The position numbers and the translations under genes are program-made. Below the pieces are notes generated by a model. It was not told where the DNA came from and did not search any database. It saw only the letters and a list, made by a program, of their open reading frames with translations. 64,000 nucleotides of DNA from an uncultured Verrucomicrobiota bacterium (GTDB lineage Bacteria > Verrucomicrobiota > Verrucomicrobiia > Limisphaerales > CAIQOK01): assembly GCA_903873415.1 (NCBI GenBank), contig CAIQOK010000034.1, forward strand, positions 43,962 to 107,961, in the 5' to 3' direction. Below, one piece after another: positions 39,259 through 51,396 of the stretch (positions are counted from its first letter, which is position 1; each line of letters begins with the position of its first letter).

Positions 39259-40122
39259 ATGCAAGTTGTAGCTCAGATCGCCGCCATGCAGCGGCTGGCC
39301 CGGAAATGGCAGCATGCCGGACTCCGGATTGCTTTCGTGCCGACCATGGGCTTTCTGCATCCCGGTCATGTCAGCCTGATCCTGCGCGCCCGCCGCGCTG
39401 TGGGGGTGGGCGGCAAGGTGGTTGTCAGCATCTACGTCAATCCGACCCAGTTCGGGCCAAAAGAGGATTTCACCCGCTATCCTCGGGATCTCAAAGGCGA
39501 TCTGCAGATGTGCCGCGAGGCGGGGGCCGACACGGTGTTTACTCCGGATGATCAAGCGATGTATCCCGGGAAGGGGGAGGGGCTTTACAGCACGTTTGTG
39601 GTTGAGGAAAAACTGACGCAAAGCATGGAGGGCGCGTCGCGGCCCTCGCATTTTCGCGGGGTCACAACCGTGGTGGCCAAGTTGCTCCATTGCGTGCTGC
39701 CGGATGTGGCGGTTTTCGGTCAGAAAGATTTCCAGCAAGCCGCCGTCATCCGGCGCATGACCGCGGATCTGAATTTCCCGGTGAAAATCATCGTTGCTCC
39801 CACGTTGAGGGAGCCGGACGGGCTGGCGATGAGTTCGAGAAACAAGTATCTGGCCGGCGATCAGCGGCGTCAGGCCACGGTGCTGTGGCGCTCGCTCCAA
39901 GCAGCCCGGGCGGCGGTGCAGGGAGGCAGTCCGGTCAAGGCCGTCCGGTTGCTAGAGCAATTGAAGAAGTTGATCGCCGCCGAACCGGAGGTGCGGCTGG
40001 ATTATCTGGAGTTTTTCAATCCGGACAGCCTGGAGCCGGTGAGTCTGGTCGTTCCGGGCACGCAAGCGGCTTTGGCTGTGTTTGTGGGTTCCACGCGGTT
40101 GATTGACAACATGCGTTTGTGA
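39259..40122 (+). CDS. panC: pantoate--beta-alanine ligase
   Basis: 287 aa. ...FVPTMGFLHPGHVSL... (HIGH-type motif), ...NPTQFGP.EDF..YPR..., ...FGQKDFQQ... Confidence 0.95.
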   Translation: MQVVAQIAAMQRLARKWQHAGLRIAFVPTMGFLHPGHVSLILRARRAVGVGGKVVVSIYVNPTQFGPKEDFTRYPRDLKGDLQMCREAGADTVFTPDDQAMYPGKGEGLYSTFVVEEKLTQSMEGASRPSHFRGVTTVVAKLLHCVLPDVAVFGQKDFQQAAVIRRMTADLNFPVKIIVAPTLREPDGLAMSSRNKYLAGDQRRQATVLWRSLQAARAAVQGGSPVKAVRLLEQLKKLIAAEPEVRLDYLEFFNPDSLEPVSLVVPGTQAALAVFVGSTRLIDNMRL

Positions 40123-40329
40123 TTTCGATAGGGGAAGAGTATTTGGGCTCTTGTCGGAGGGGGCGTCCTGCGAAAGAGCGGGTAGGTCTGCCCAAATTCA
40201 GGGGGTTGCGGCGTTCAAAGGCCGCCTCAAGCGGAAGGTCCTTGGGGCTTGTTGGTGCTCCGGTCCGACGGGCGGGTGTTGAGTTGAGCCTTGTGTTTCC
40301 CGGGCTGGTGCCGCTTCCTTGTTGGCGAA

Positions 40330-41925
40330 ATGAAACAGTTTGACTATCTCGTGCTGGGCAGCGGCATTGCGGGGCTGTCGTTCGCGCTGAAAGTCGCCCC
40401 GCACGGGCGTGTGGCCATCCTCACCAAAAAAAACCGCGCGGAGTCGAACACCAACTACGCACAAGGAGGGATCGCCTCCGTGACGAGCAAGGAGGATTCC
40501 TTCGAGTTGCATGTGCGCGACACGCTTGAGGCCGGGGCCGGTCTTTGCGACGAACAGGTCGTCCGTCGCATTGTCGAGGAAGGGCCCTCCTGTGTTCAGG
40601 AATTGATCGAGTTGGGGATGAAGTTCAGTGAACGTCAGATCCCCGACTCTTCCGGCGCGCAGGAGTTGGATCTGGGCCGGGAGGGGGGCCATTCCAAACG
40701 GCGCATTCTCCACGCCAAGGATGTCACGGGCCGGGAGATTGAGCGCGCGCTGCTTCACGCAGTCGCGCGACAGCCCAACATCAGCGTGTTTGAAAACCAT
40801 GTCGCCATTGACCTCATCACCAGCCAGAAGCTGGGATATGTCGGGCCGAACCGTTGTCTTGGGGTTTACGTGCTGGACAAAATCAGCGGACGGGTGGGGA
40901 CTTTCGCGGCGCCGGTGACGCTTCTGGCCACGGGAGGTTGCGGCAAAGTCTACCTCTACACCACCAACCCTGACATTGCCACCGGCGACGGAGTGGCGAT
41001 GGCTTACCGGGCCGGTGCTTCCATTGCGAACATGGAGTTTGTCCAGTTCCATCCGACCTGCCTTTATCATCCCAAGGCAAAATCCTTTCTTATCAGCGAG
41101 GCGGTGCGGGGCGAGGGTGGCGTGCTTAAGTCGGTGGACGGCCGGGAATTCATGGATTCGTCGCATCCATTGAAATCTCTGGCCCCTCGGGACATTGTCG
41201 CCCGGGCGATTGATTCGGAGATGAAGCAGAGCGGGGCGGAATACGTGCTGCTGGACATCAGCCACAAGTCCGCCAGATTCATTATCGAGCGTTTCCCCAA
41301 CATTTATCAGAGCTGTCTGGGCTTCGGCATCGACATCACCAAGGAGCCCATTCCGGTGGTTCCGGCCGCGCATTACCAATGCGGCGGGGTGGTGACAGGC
41401 ATGGATGGGCAGACTCAGATTGAGGGGCTTTACGCCGTGGGCGAGGTGGCCTGCACCGGGCTGCACGGGGCCAACCGCTTGGCTAGTAATTCGCTGCTGG
41501 AAGCCTTGGTCTGTGCCCACCGTGCGGCGGCCGGGATTCTCGTGGAGTCCCCCGCCCCGCCGGTTTTTCGCATTCCGCCGTGGCAATCCGGCGACGCGCA
41601 TAATCCCGATGAAATGGTGGTGGTGGCCCATAATTGGGATGAGATCCGGCGATTGATGTGGGATTATGTGGGCATTGTGCGCACCAACAAAAGGCTTCAA
41701 CGCGCCCAGAAACGCATCGCCAATCTTCAGGAGGAAATCCAAGAGTATTACTGGGATTTCATTGTGACCAGCGATCTGCTGGAGTTGCGCAACATCGCGA
41801 CTGTGGCCGAGTTGATCGTCCGCAGCGCGTTGGAGCGGCATGAGAGCCGAGGGCTGAATTACAATCTTGATTTTCCGCAGTCCGATCCGGAGCTGACGGG
41901 GTGCAACACGGTGTTGCACAAGTGA
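40330..41925 (+). CDS. nadB: L-aspartate oxidase
   Basis: The ATG at 40330 gives MKQFDYLVLGSGIAGLSFA (FAD dinucleotide fold). Also ...TNYAQGGIA..., ...HPT...SEAVRGEGG..., ...RLASNSLLE... Confidence 0.95.
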   Translation: MKQFDYLVLGSGIAGLSFALKVAPHGRVAILTKKNRAESNTNYAQGGIASVTSKEDSFELHVRDTLEAGAGLCDEQVVRRIVEEGPSCVQELIELGMKFSERQIPDSSGAQELDLGREGGHSKRRILHAKDVTGREIERALLHAVARQPNISVFENHVAIDLITSQKLGYVGPNRCLGVYVLDKISGRVGTFAAPVTLLATGGCGKVYLYTTNPDIATGDGVAMAYRAGASIANMEFVQFHPTCLYHPKAKSFLISEAVRGEGGVLKSVDGREFMDSSHPLKSLAPRDIVARAIDSEMKQSGAEYVLLDISHKSARFIIERFPNIYQSCLGFGIDITKEPIPVVPAAHYQCGGVVTGMDGQTQIEGLYAVGEVACTGLHGANRLASNSLLEALVCAHRAAAGILVESPAPPVFRIPPWQSGDAHNPDEMVVVAHNWDEIRRLMWDYVGIVRTNKRLQRAQKRIANLQEEIQEYYWDFIVTSDLLELRNIATVAELIVRSALERHESRGLNYNLDFPQSDPELTGCNTVLHK

Positions 41926-42145
41926 ACCCGGGGGGCGACTGCGCGTTTTCGAGCCGGGCAAGGGATCCCGTGAAGGGTGCGGGGAGTCTTGGCGGTCTGG
42001 CGGTGGAATTTGAAACTCTTCGGGTTGCGGGGATGGGTCGTTTTTTGAAATTCTCTTGAACAGCAAAGAGAACGGCGGCTTTGAGTGTTACGGTGTCTTT
42101 TTGGCGGGTTTAGGGGGCTGATTTTGAGGTGTGAGGTTTTTAAAG

Positions 42146-42221
42146 TGGTGGGTTGGCGGGGACTCGAACCCCGGACCAATGCCTTAAAAGGGCACTGCTC
42201 TACCAACTGAGCTACCAACCC
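42146..42221 (-). tRNA. tRNA-Lys (anticodon UUU), CCA encoded
   Basis: The reverse complement is GGGTTGG-TA-GCTC-AGTTGGTA-GAGC-A-GTGCC-CTTTTAA-GGCAT-TGGTC-CGGGG-TTCGAGT-CCCCG-CCAACCC-A-CCA. This folds as a full cloverleaf of 76 nt with TTT at positions 34-36. Confidence 0.95.
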
Positions 42222-42416
42222 AACGGGAACTTTTGAGCTTTCCAAAGCTTTTTAAATCCGAGTCCCCTTAGGGTTCAGACTCACTCGAAAGCGAGTTAAA
42301 TCCTAGTGTGCCCCGGGGGCAGGTGCAAGAGTTTTCCCGGGGTTTTCTTTATTCGGGGCGGTCTTCAAAACCCGGTGTTTAAGACGGGGCCAAGGGGCCA
42401 ACATTCCGGGTTGGAC

Positions 42417-44224
<1,808 letters not shown>

Positions 44225-44254
44225 CGAATCAGTGATTTTAATTCAACGAAAACG

Positions 44255-44719
44255 CTAAGAGCCTCCTGGAAATCCCTGTTGCCGCAGCGCCTCGAAGAGC
44301 ACCAGAGCCACGCAGTTGGAGAGGTTCAGGGAACGCGCCGCGGGGTTGAACATGGGGATGCGCAGCCAAGTGTCCGGATTTTCCGCCAGCAATCGGGCCG
44401 GCAACCCCGCCGTTTCCCGGCCGAAGACGAGATAATCCGCGGGTGCAAAGAGTGCTTCGGTGTAAGCCCGGGGTCCGCCCGATTCAATCCACCAGAGTCG
44501 TGCCTCGGTTGGAAGGCTCTGTTTGAACGCGCCCCAATTCTTCCACCTGTGCCAGGTCAAGTGTTCCCAGTAATCCATTCCGGCGCGTTTCATCTGAGTG
44601 TCGTCGAGTTTGAATCCCAGAGGTTCCACCAAGTGGAGCGTGGAGCGTGTGGCTGCGCAAAGCCGGGCAATGTTGCCGGTGTTGGGGGGGATTTCCGGTT
44701 CGACCAGAACGATATGCAT
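44255..44719 (-). CDS. trmL: tRNA (cytidine/uridine-2'-O)-methyltransferase TrmL (SpoU family)
   Basis: The ATG at 44719 gives MHIVLVEPEIPPNTGNIARLCAAT... The SPOUT C-terminal motif is ...LVFGRETAGLP...IPM...RSLNLSNCVA. The 12 upstream codons of the track ORF are probably not translated. Confidence 0.85.
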   Translation of the reverse strand: MHIVLVEPEIPPNTGNIARLCAATRSTLHLVEPLGFKLDDTQMKRAGMDYWEHLTWHRWKNWGAFKQSLPTEARLWWIESGGPRAYTEALFAPADYLVFGRETAGLPARLLAENPDTWLRIPMFNPAARSLNLSNCVALVLFEALRQQGFPGGS

Positions 44720-44794
44720 GATCTTAAATTCCCAACTGCCAAATCCGGGCTCCAAGGAAAAACCCGGCTCCGCCTTTTAAATTCACAGCCTGGC

Positions 44795-45607
44795 TCATGG
44801 GGATTTTGACGGGGGAGCTTTTCCTGGGTTTTGGGGCTTGGTACCGGGGCCTCTGCCGTAAAAAACCCGCCACAGTACCAATCCGTGGGCCGGCGCTGTC
44901 ATGCCGGCCACACGCCGGTCGGCTTCGACGAGCATGGACTGGACTTCCGCGGCCGGAAATTTGCCCAAGCCGACCTGAACCAGTGTGCCGACGATTCCTC
45001 GGCACATCTTGTACAGAAAGCCATCGCCTTCGATGACGAAGGTGAATTGCGGCCCGCTGCGTTTCACCTCGCAGCGGGTGAGGGAGCGCACGGTGGTTTG
45101 CTTTTTATAGCCTGGATTGGCGGCGAAGGACTGGAAATCGTGGCGACCCACGAATGATTTTGCAGCGGCCCGCATTGCCGGAAAATCCAGGCGGCGCGGG
45201 ACGTGCCAAGCATTGCGGCGTAGCAAAGGGTTCATCGCCGCATGGTTCCAGACGGCGTAGCGGTATTGTTTGCCCCGCGCATCAAAGCGGGCGTGAAAGC
45301 TCTTTCTGGCACGGGCGGCGGCGGTCACGCGGATGTCCTCTGGCAGCCAGGCATTGAGCGCAAGGGCCAGCTTGTCGGGGGGCATCCTGGCCTCGGTGCG
45401 GGGGGCTTCAAAATGCGCCACCATCCCCAGCGCATGAACTCCGGTATCTGTCCGACTCGAGCTGTGAACCCGGGGGCGGCAGGGGAATAATTTCGCGAGC
45501 GCGTCTTCGACCTTTTCCTGGACACCTGTGCCGGTTTTTTGCACCTGCCATCCCTCATAGCCGGCACCGTCATAGGCGATGGTGAGTTTGAATTTTACGG
45601 AGTCCAC
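44795..45607 (-). CDS. truA: tRNA pseudouridine(38-40) synthase TruA
   Basis: 270 aa. ...YDGAGYEGWQVQ...SSSRTDTGVHA (catalytic Asp)... Confidence 0.95.
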   Translation of the reverse strand: MDSVKFKLTIAYDGAGYEGWQVQKTGTGVQEKVEDALAKLFPCRPRVHSSSRTDTGVHALGMVAHFEAPRTEARMPPDKLALALNAWLPEDIRVTAAARARKSFHARFDARGKQYRYAVWNHAAMNPLLRRNAWHVPRRLDFPAMRAAAKSFVGRHDFQSFAANPGYKKQTTVRSLTRCEVKRSGPQFTFVIEGDGFLYKMCRGIVGTLVQVGLGKFPAAEVQSMLVEADRRVAGMTAPAHGLVLWRVFYGRGPGTKPQNPGKAPPSKSP

Positions 45608-45737
45608 AGGAGATCAGTCCGCGAAGGGAATTGGAGAAGGTGGGGGTGGTCCCTCATGCGAGAGCGGGGCGCTTGAGGAATCCCCATCCGCAGCAGCCAG
45701 TCGGGCATGCTTGTTTCTGCTTTTGGGCCGTTGAAAA

Positions 45738-46151
45738 TCATTGGGCCAAGCTGTCTAGATAGCTTTGCAGGAGAATAGCGGCGGCGGTTTTATCGATTTT
45801 TTCTTTGCGGTCCGCGCGGCGGACGCCGCCTTGGATCAGAAACTTCTGAGCCATGGTTGTGGTCAGTCTCTCGTCCCAGAGTTGGATGGGCATGCCAATC
45901 TTGTCATTGAGCACGGCGACGAACTCGCGGGTTTTCAGTGCGGCCGGGCCGTAACTGCCGTCCATGTTTCGCGGCATGCCGATGAGAATGAGCTCCACCT
46001 CCTTCTCGCGTAGCAGCTCCTTGAGTCTGGCGAGGAAGGCGTCAAAAGGTTCAGCCAGAATGAACTCTAGTGGTGTGGCGATCATCTTCAGCGAGTCGCT
46101 CACGGCAACGCCGATGCGCTTGGTTCCAGGGTCAAGGGCGAGGATTCTCAT
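45738..46151 (-). CDS. ruvX: YqgF/RuvX putative pre-16S rRNA nuclease
   Basis: 137 aa. MRILALDPGTKRIGVAVSD...IGMPRNMDGS...DERLTT... Confidence 0.9.
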   Translation of the reverse strand: MRILALDPGTKRIGVAVSDSLKMIATPLEFILAEPFDAFLARLKELLREKEVELILIGMPRNMDGSYGPAALKTREFVAVLNDKIGMPIQLWDERLTTTMAQKFLIQGGVRRADRKEKIDKTAAAILLQSYLDSLAQ

Positions 46152-46359
46152 GGATTGAGACTTAAAAGGGTTTGTTCAAGGAACCGCTTTATTCAGTCCA
46201 GCAATGCCTTTCCTTCTGCCGCTATCCTGAAGCAAGGGGGCAATCTGTGAATGAATTACAGGGCGGTTGCACACCCGTGAAGCCTAGTCGCGGAGGGTCG
46301 GTCAGACAAGCCTGCAATCCCCGCCGACGGGCCGCATTGGCGGAGGCGGGGGCGTCGGA

Positions 46360-47160
46360 TTAGAGCAATTCGCGCGGCTCGGATTGGATCCGGAGAGCAT
46401 AGCGGCCGGTGGTTTTAAGGAGTCGCAGACGGGATGCGAACGTGGCAGAGAGCTTTTTTCCAGTCAGCACCTCCGACTTTTTTCCGGCGGCGAGAACTCG
46501 ACCGGTTTTGAGAAGGAGCACATGGGAAAAGGCTGGCATGATCTCCTCCACATGATGGGTGACGAGGAGCAGGGTGGGTGAGTTCTTGGTCTGTCCCAGC
46601 CGGTGGAGGAATTGGAGAAAATGTTCGCGGGCTGCCGGGTCCAGTCCGGCGCAGGGTTCGTCCAGGATCAAAAGGCGGGGGTGTGCCATCAGGGCGCGGC
46701 CAATGAGCACCCGCTGCCGCTCTCCTTGAGATAATACTTCCCACGGGCGGTCTGCCAGATGTTTGCATTCAAGCCGGGTCAGCAGACGGTGCGCCTCAAT
46801 GACGTCGGCCTTGGTGGCGCGTGCCCAGAAATCGATCATGGCGTATTTTCCGCTGATCACGGTTTCCAGCGCCGGTTCGGCATTAGACATCCGCTGCCGG
46901 ATGGAAGAGCTGACGATTCCAATTTTGCGGCGGAGTTCGCGCCAGTCGGAGTGGCCGTAACGATGGCCAAGCAGGGTGATTTCACCGGTGGTGGGCATCA
47001 GGTATCCGGTCAGGGCGCTGAGGAGGGAGGTTTTACCGGAGCCGTTGGCGCCAAGGATGACCCAATGTTCACCTCGGTCCACGCGCCAGCAGATATCCTC
47101 CACAATGACGGTCTTGCCGCGCTGCACGCGCAGGCCGGAGACTTCCAAAATGGTTTTCAA
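46360..47160 (-). CDS. ABC transporter ATP-binding protein (YlmA/ModF-like single ATPase)
   Basis: 266 aa with a TTG start. Walker A GANGSGKTS, signature LSQGERQR, Walker B LLILDEP. It begins 4 nt after the stop of the upstream gene. Confidence 0.85.
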   Translation of the reverse strand: MKTILEVSGLRVQRGKTVIVEDICWRVDRGEHWVILGANGSGKTSLLSALTGYLMPTTGEITLLGHRYGHSDWRELRRKIGIVSSSIRQRMSNAEPALETVISGKYAMIDFWARATKADVIEAHRLLTRLECKHLADRPWEVLSQGERQRVLIGRALMAHPRLLILDEPCAGLDPAAREHFLQFLHRLGQTKNSPTLLLVTHHVEEIMPAFSHVLLLKTGRVLAAGKKSEVLTGKKLSATFASRLRLLKTTGRYALRIQSEPRELL

Positions 47161-47164
47161 AAGG

Positions 47165-48694
47165 TCAGGTCAAGGGTTTTGGGGAGGGGGCCGCCGGTGC
47201 GTTGGTGGCGGGTGCGGTGGCAGGCGGCGCGGGCGGGGCGGCTTCGGCAGGCAGTCCCAGCTTGGTCCTGAGGACGGCGCGCGCTTCAGTCGGCAGTCCC
47301 CGCTCAGGATCCAACATCCGGTCGCGGATGTCCTTGGCGATGATTTCAATGGGTGGCAGGCCGATGGCCTCCTTGCGCTCCTGGGGGATGGCACGGTCAT
47401 AGGAAGCCAGAACCTTTTTAGCCAGCAGCCAGAAGCCGTTGGCCCGCTCGTCCTGATCGAGAATCAGGCTTCGGAGATAATTGGCCAGCAGGCCCTCCAC
47501 TGCGGTTTTGATCCGGTCGTGCGATGTCTCGTTGATGTCGGATTGGACCGAAGCGACGGCGTATTCCTCCAAGGTGAGGGTGGCGGGCAGGGAATTGGGG
47601 CGGTCGTCCAGGATGGGTTTGTTGGGATATTTCCGGCCTAGATATTTGAACCAGCGTGCCGCCTCGGTCAGACGGTTGTTGACATAGAGCGAGTAGATGG
47701 CTTGGCGGAGGAAATTCCGATGGGCCTTCTCAATATGGTCCCGGTTCCGCTCGTCCTCCGCCATGTTCTGCTCGTAGATTTCGTTGGCTTTGGGAATGAT
47801 GTCGAGGTTGGGGCCGAACTCGAAGACTTTCTCCACGGGGTTGATCTCCAATCTTCCGCGCTGAAAGCTCAGAAGCATGTCCTGATAAATCACCCTGCGC
47901 AGTTGGATGAGATCCTCCGATTTGACTTTGGTCGGGTTGGCCTTCGCCGCTCTCAATCCCTGATCGGCCCAATAGATGGCGTGGGCTTCGGGGAGGCGCC
48001 ATTCCAGAGGGCCGTAATGTTCATCCACCTCCAGCATGGCGCGGGGATCCATCTTGAATTTATTGGTGAGAATGCCCAGCCGACGCGCCGCGTCCTCTGT
48101 TTTGGGATGGACCAGTTCGGTCAGGTCGGGTTGTTTGAGTTTGCCGAAAACCCCGGCCATCTCATTTGCCCACTGTTGCTTGTAATACATGTTTGCATCG
48201 TCAAGGTTGGCGCCGAGTTTGTGCTGGAAGAGCCAGGCCAGTTGCTGGTGGATCAGCACGTCGTGCGGATTGTAACGCAGGCCCTCGTCGCGCAGAAGTT
48301 CGATGCCGTTTTGCAGCCAGCGCCAGCGGTCCGGATAATCCTTGAATTTGACGGAGATGTTGTAGGCCATATTCCAGGCTTGGAAGACCCAGACTTGGGG
48401 GAAATGGGGTTCGAGTTTTGTGATCCAGTCTGCGAGCTGCGCCGCCTCGAAAAACTTGTCGTCGTCCTGCAGATCCGAGGCTCGGATCCAGAGGGCGTTC
48501 GCGATGAGGCCGCGAAAGCCGCCCAAGGCGACGGTGGTGAAGGCCAACACGGGAGGGGCGTTTTCCAGAGGGGTGACACGGGTGATGCCAAGTTGATCGC
48601 GTTCCCGGTTCAGGGATGTTTGCACTTTTGCCACCCCCAACAAGAAGATGCCGGCGAGCAGCAGCAGCAGAATTTTTTTCAAGCGCCCGTTCAT
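47165..48694 (-). CDS. conserved-looking hypothetical membrane-anchored helical protein (509 aa)
   Basis: The ATG at 48694 (cat 48692-48694) overlaps the upstream stop as ATGA. The N-terminal anchor is KKILLLLLAGIFLLGVAKV. The long Trp/Tyr-rich helical body reads ...WIRASDLQDDDKFFEAAQLADWITKLEPHFPQVWVFQAWNMAYNIS... The C-terminus is a Pro/Ala-rich tail. No family recognised. Confidence 0.6.
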   Translation of the reverse strand: MNGRLKKILLLLLAGIFLLGVAKVQTSLNRERDQLGITRVTPLENAPPVLAFTTVALGGFRGLIANALWIRASDLQDDDKFFEAAQLADWITKLEPHFPQVWVFQAWNMAYNISVKFKDYPDRWRWLQNGIELLRDEGLRYNPHDVLIHQQLAWLFQHKLGANLDDANMYYKQQWANEMAGVFGKLKQPDLTELVHPKTEDAARRLGILTNKFKMDPRAMLEVDEHYGPLEWRLPEAHAIYWADQGLRAAKANPTKVKSEDLIQLRRVIYQDMLLSFQRGRLEINPVEKVFEFGPNLDIIPKANEIYEQNMAEDERNRDHIEKAHRNFLRQAIYSLYVNNRLTEAARWFKYLGRKYPNKPILDDRPNSLPATLTLEEYAVASVQSDINETSHDRIKTAVEGLLANYLRSLILDQDERANGFWLLAKKVLASYDRAIPQERKEAIGLPPIEIIAKDIRDRMLDPERGLPTEARAVLRTKLGLPAEAAPPAPPATAPATNAPAAPSPKPLT

Positions 48695-50079
48695 TGGTTC
48701 GACTGTGCGGTGGCCAGTTCCCGTCGGTTCAGCCCGATCACTCCGATGAGTCCGGCAGTTCCACCCAGCAGCAGAACGATCTGCGCAAAGGCCCGTCCCA
48801 GATCCGTCCACGAAATGCTCCGGCCGGTGCTCAGGGCGTCGATGGGTGAGAAACCTTTGGCCAGATTGATCAGATTAAGGGCGGCGCGAAAGGCTGGAAC
48901 GATGACCACGTCCATGGCAGAGTGCCCGGCACGGCCGCTTTCGGAGTCGGATCCCATGATGGTGCCTTCAGCCACCACGTTGGCCAACGTGCCGCTGGAG
49001 AGCGACATGGTCAGAATGCCCAGCGAAAAGAAGGCGGCCACGGGGAAGGAGAGAAAGCTTGCCGCCGCCAAGCCCAGTGCCGCCAGAAGGGACATCCAGC
49101 AGAAAATCACAGACAGACCACGCGCGAAATTCAGGCCGAAACCACCCTCGTGGTAGAGCACCTCCAGGCCCTCGTCGAGGGAGAAAAGGAGGGCGGTTTC
49201 ATTGGAGTTCAGGAAGCTGATCGTCAGAAGGCCGGCGTCGTCGAAAAGGTTGGGCGGGATGGTGAATTCATGAAAGGTGTCCGGGGCCAGGCTCATGGGT
49301 TGACTTCGCCATGCTTGGGTTTTCTGGGGCACTCCCACCTGCCACAGGCCGGTGAACGTGCCCGAGGCGCTTTTGGCGGCGGAGTTGAATTTGATCCGCA
49401 ATTGCATCGGTTTGTCGCGCACCATGTGACGAGTCAGGCCCAGATTGATTTGCCAGACGCGGGCGTTGCCGGGCGGGATGATTTGGTAGGAGGCTTTGAC
49501 CTGTTCGAGGATCTGCTTGCGCACCTCAGGCAGGTCTGCGCCGTCGACCGGTTTTTTTTTCAAGCGCTCTTGCAGCACCCGGTCGGCTTCCGCCTGGATT
49601 TCGCCCGAGAAACTTTGCTCCTTCAGGGAAGCTCGGGCCACGAGGATTTCGTTCCGGAGGATGGCCTGTTCCAGGACTGGTAAACGGGTGGAGCGCCACT
49701 GAAGCAAGGCATAGACGCCGCCGCCCGAGAGAGCCAGCAGTGCGGCGTTGAGCGAGAGCAACCCGAGCCACTTGCCCAGCCATATTTGCCAGCGGCCGAT
49801 GGGTTTGACCGCCACCATCTGGATCTGACATTCCTCGATGTCTCGCGCCAGTGTTCCGCACGCCAGCCAGAGCGTGGAGAGTCCCAGCAAGGCCGTGATG
49901 GTGCTCAGTGTGTAGGTGAGCAGAATTTGGGTGAATCCCCGGGCCGTGCCATCGTCCTTGATCAGCAGGGGTAGGCCAATGACCGAGGCTAAGAGCAAGG
50001 CCGCGACGACCAGAAACAGACGGAACCGGAAAGCGGCTTTCCAGGTCAATCCGGCTATGGCTAGAATACGTTGCATCAA
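48691..50079 (-). CDS. ABC-2-type permease-like membrane protein with a large extracytoplasmic loop
   Basis: 462 aa. Three N-terminal TM helices, a soluble insert of about 170 aa, then three or more C-terminal TM helices. Its position next to an ABC ATPase and its resemblance to the 320-aa protein at 57840-58802 suggest an ABC-2/NosY-like permease. Confidence 0.6.
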   Translation of the reverse strand: MMQRILAIAGLTWKAAFRFRLFLVVAALLLASVIGLPLLIKDDGTARGFTQILLTYTLSTITALLGLSTLWLACGTLARDIEECQIQMVAVKPIGRWQIWLGKWLGLLSLNAALLALSGGGVYALLQWRSTRLPVLEQAILRNEILVARASLKEQSFSGEIQAEADRVLQERLKKKPVDGADLPEVRKQILEQVKASYQIIPPGNARVWQINLGLTRHMVRDKPMQLRIKFNSAAKSASGTFTGLWQVGVPQKTQAWRSQPMSLAPDTFHEFTIPPNLFDDAGLLTISFLNSNETALLFSLDEGLEVLYHEGGFGLNFARGLSVIFCWMSLLAALGLAAASFLSFPVAAFFSLGILTMSLSSGTLANVVAEGTIMGSDSESGRAGHSAMDVVIVPAFRAALNLINLAKGFSPIDALSTGRSISWTDLGRAFAQIVLLLGGTAGLIGVIGLNRRELATAQSNQ

Positions 50080-50184
50080 ATGGGTTTTGCAGCCTCCGCA
50101 GTGCAGGGGATCGAAAGGGTGATGGCGGCTTCACAAGCTGGCACGGGACAAGTCTTCATGAGTAAATGTTTAAGGAGTGGGCTG

Positions 50185-51396
50185 TCATTTTTTGCCGCCC
50201 AGAAGGGACGAAAGTTTCTCGTCGGCTTGTTTCAAGTCCACCGGCTCCGGTCCAGGTGTTGCGGGAGGGGAGGGTTGTGAGGGATGCGCTTGTGTTGTCC
50301 TGATCAGTTGGTCGAGTTTTTGTTCATCCACCGAGGGAAGGGCTTTGGGGGCGGGCTGGGGGGCGGCTGGGGAAATCTCCGGGAGGCTGAGTTTCTCGAG
50401 GACTTTTTCGCAGGCTATCGTCTCCTCCGCACCGCCGCGCAGGTAGGCGGCAACCCGGGCGCCGGACTGTGCTCCGCTGGTTTGCTGGGAGGCCCGTTTC
50501 GCTTTTTCAACCACCTCCAGAAAATAGCTCTCCAGATTCTGAGTCGGGTTGTCGACGCGCACATCGCCTGCTGAGACATCGTGGCGGAGAATTTCCAGAA
50601 CGCGCTCCAGAGTGGCCCGAGGCAGCACAGGGGTGGTGATGCGGAGGGTGTCCGGTTTGGCCAGCAGTTCATTGAGCGTTCCCAGTGCCTGCACCTTCCC
50701 GCCGTAATAAATCACCACCCGGTCGCAGACATCCTCCACATCCGAGAGCAAATGGCTGCTTAAAATCACCGTTTTGCCCCGGCGCGCCAGCGCCAGAATC
50801 AGGTCTTTGATTTCCCGGCAACCAATGGGGTCCAGACCGGCCGTCGGTTCGTCCAGAATGATAAGGTCGGGGTCGTTGATGAGGGCCTGGGCAAGGCCGA
50901 TGCGGCGCTGCATGCCCTTGGAGAATTCGCCGACCGCCCGGGTGCGGGTTTGACTCAAGCCAACCATTTCCAGAAGCTGTTCCGCGCGGGCATCACGCTC
51001 GGCCTTGCTTAGTTCAAAGAGGTTGCCGAAAAAGTCCAGGGTTTCGCGTGAATTGAGGTAACGGTAGAGGTAGGATTCCTCCGGCAGATAGCCGATGCGG
51101 GCCTTGGTTGCCACGTGCCTGGGCGAATGGCCGAAAACCTCGATATGGCCCTTGGTCGGGTTCAGCAGGCCAAGAAGGAGTTTGACTGTGGTGGACTTGC
51201 CCGAACCGTTCGGTCCCAACAAGCCAAACACCTCGCCCCGCTTCACATCGAAATCGACGTTGTCCACCGCGCGGGCCTTGGGGCGTCCCCAGAAATCTTT
51301 GAACACCTTGGTCAGTCCGCGGACGGAGACGATGACCTCGGCATTTGATTGCGGGTTGCGGACAGCGGAGCGAGGAATTGATTCGACGACAGGCAT
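50185..51396 (-). CDS. ABC transporter ATP-binding protein with a low-complexity C-terminal extension
   Basis: Walker A GPNGSGKST, signature FSKGMQRR, Walker B LIILDEP, then about 140 aa of Ala/Pro/Gln-rich tail. I chose the ATG at 51396 (MPVVESIP...); the track ORF starts at a TTG at 51405. Confidence 0.85.
   Translation of the reverse strand: MPVVESIPRSAVRNPQSNAEVIVSVRGLTKVFKDFWGRPKARAVDNVDFDVKRGEVFGLLGPNGSGKSTTVKLLLGLLNPTKGHIEVFGHSPRHVATKARIGYLPEESYLYRYLNSRETLDFFGNLFELSKAERDARAEQLLEMVGLSQTRTRAVGEFSKGMQRRIGLAQALINDPDLIILDEPTAGLDPIGCREIKDLILALARRGKTVILSSHLLSDVEDVCDRVVIYYGGKVQALGTLNELLAKPDTLRITTPVLPRATLERVLEILRHDVSAGDVRVDNPTQNLESYFLEVVEKAKRASQQTSGAQSGARVAAYLRGGAEETIACEKVLEKLSLPEISPAAPQPAPKALPSVDEQKLDQLIRTTQAHPSQPSPPATPGPEPVDLKQADEKLSSLLGGKK

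Noticed and set aside
41926-42416. tRNA-Lys as an integration hot spot for a genomic island.
   Set aside because: No direct repeat of the tRNA 3' end, no integrase and no compositional island flank it. The neighbours are nadB and glnK-amtB core genes.
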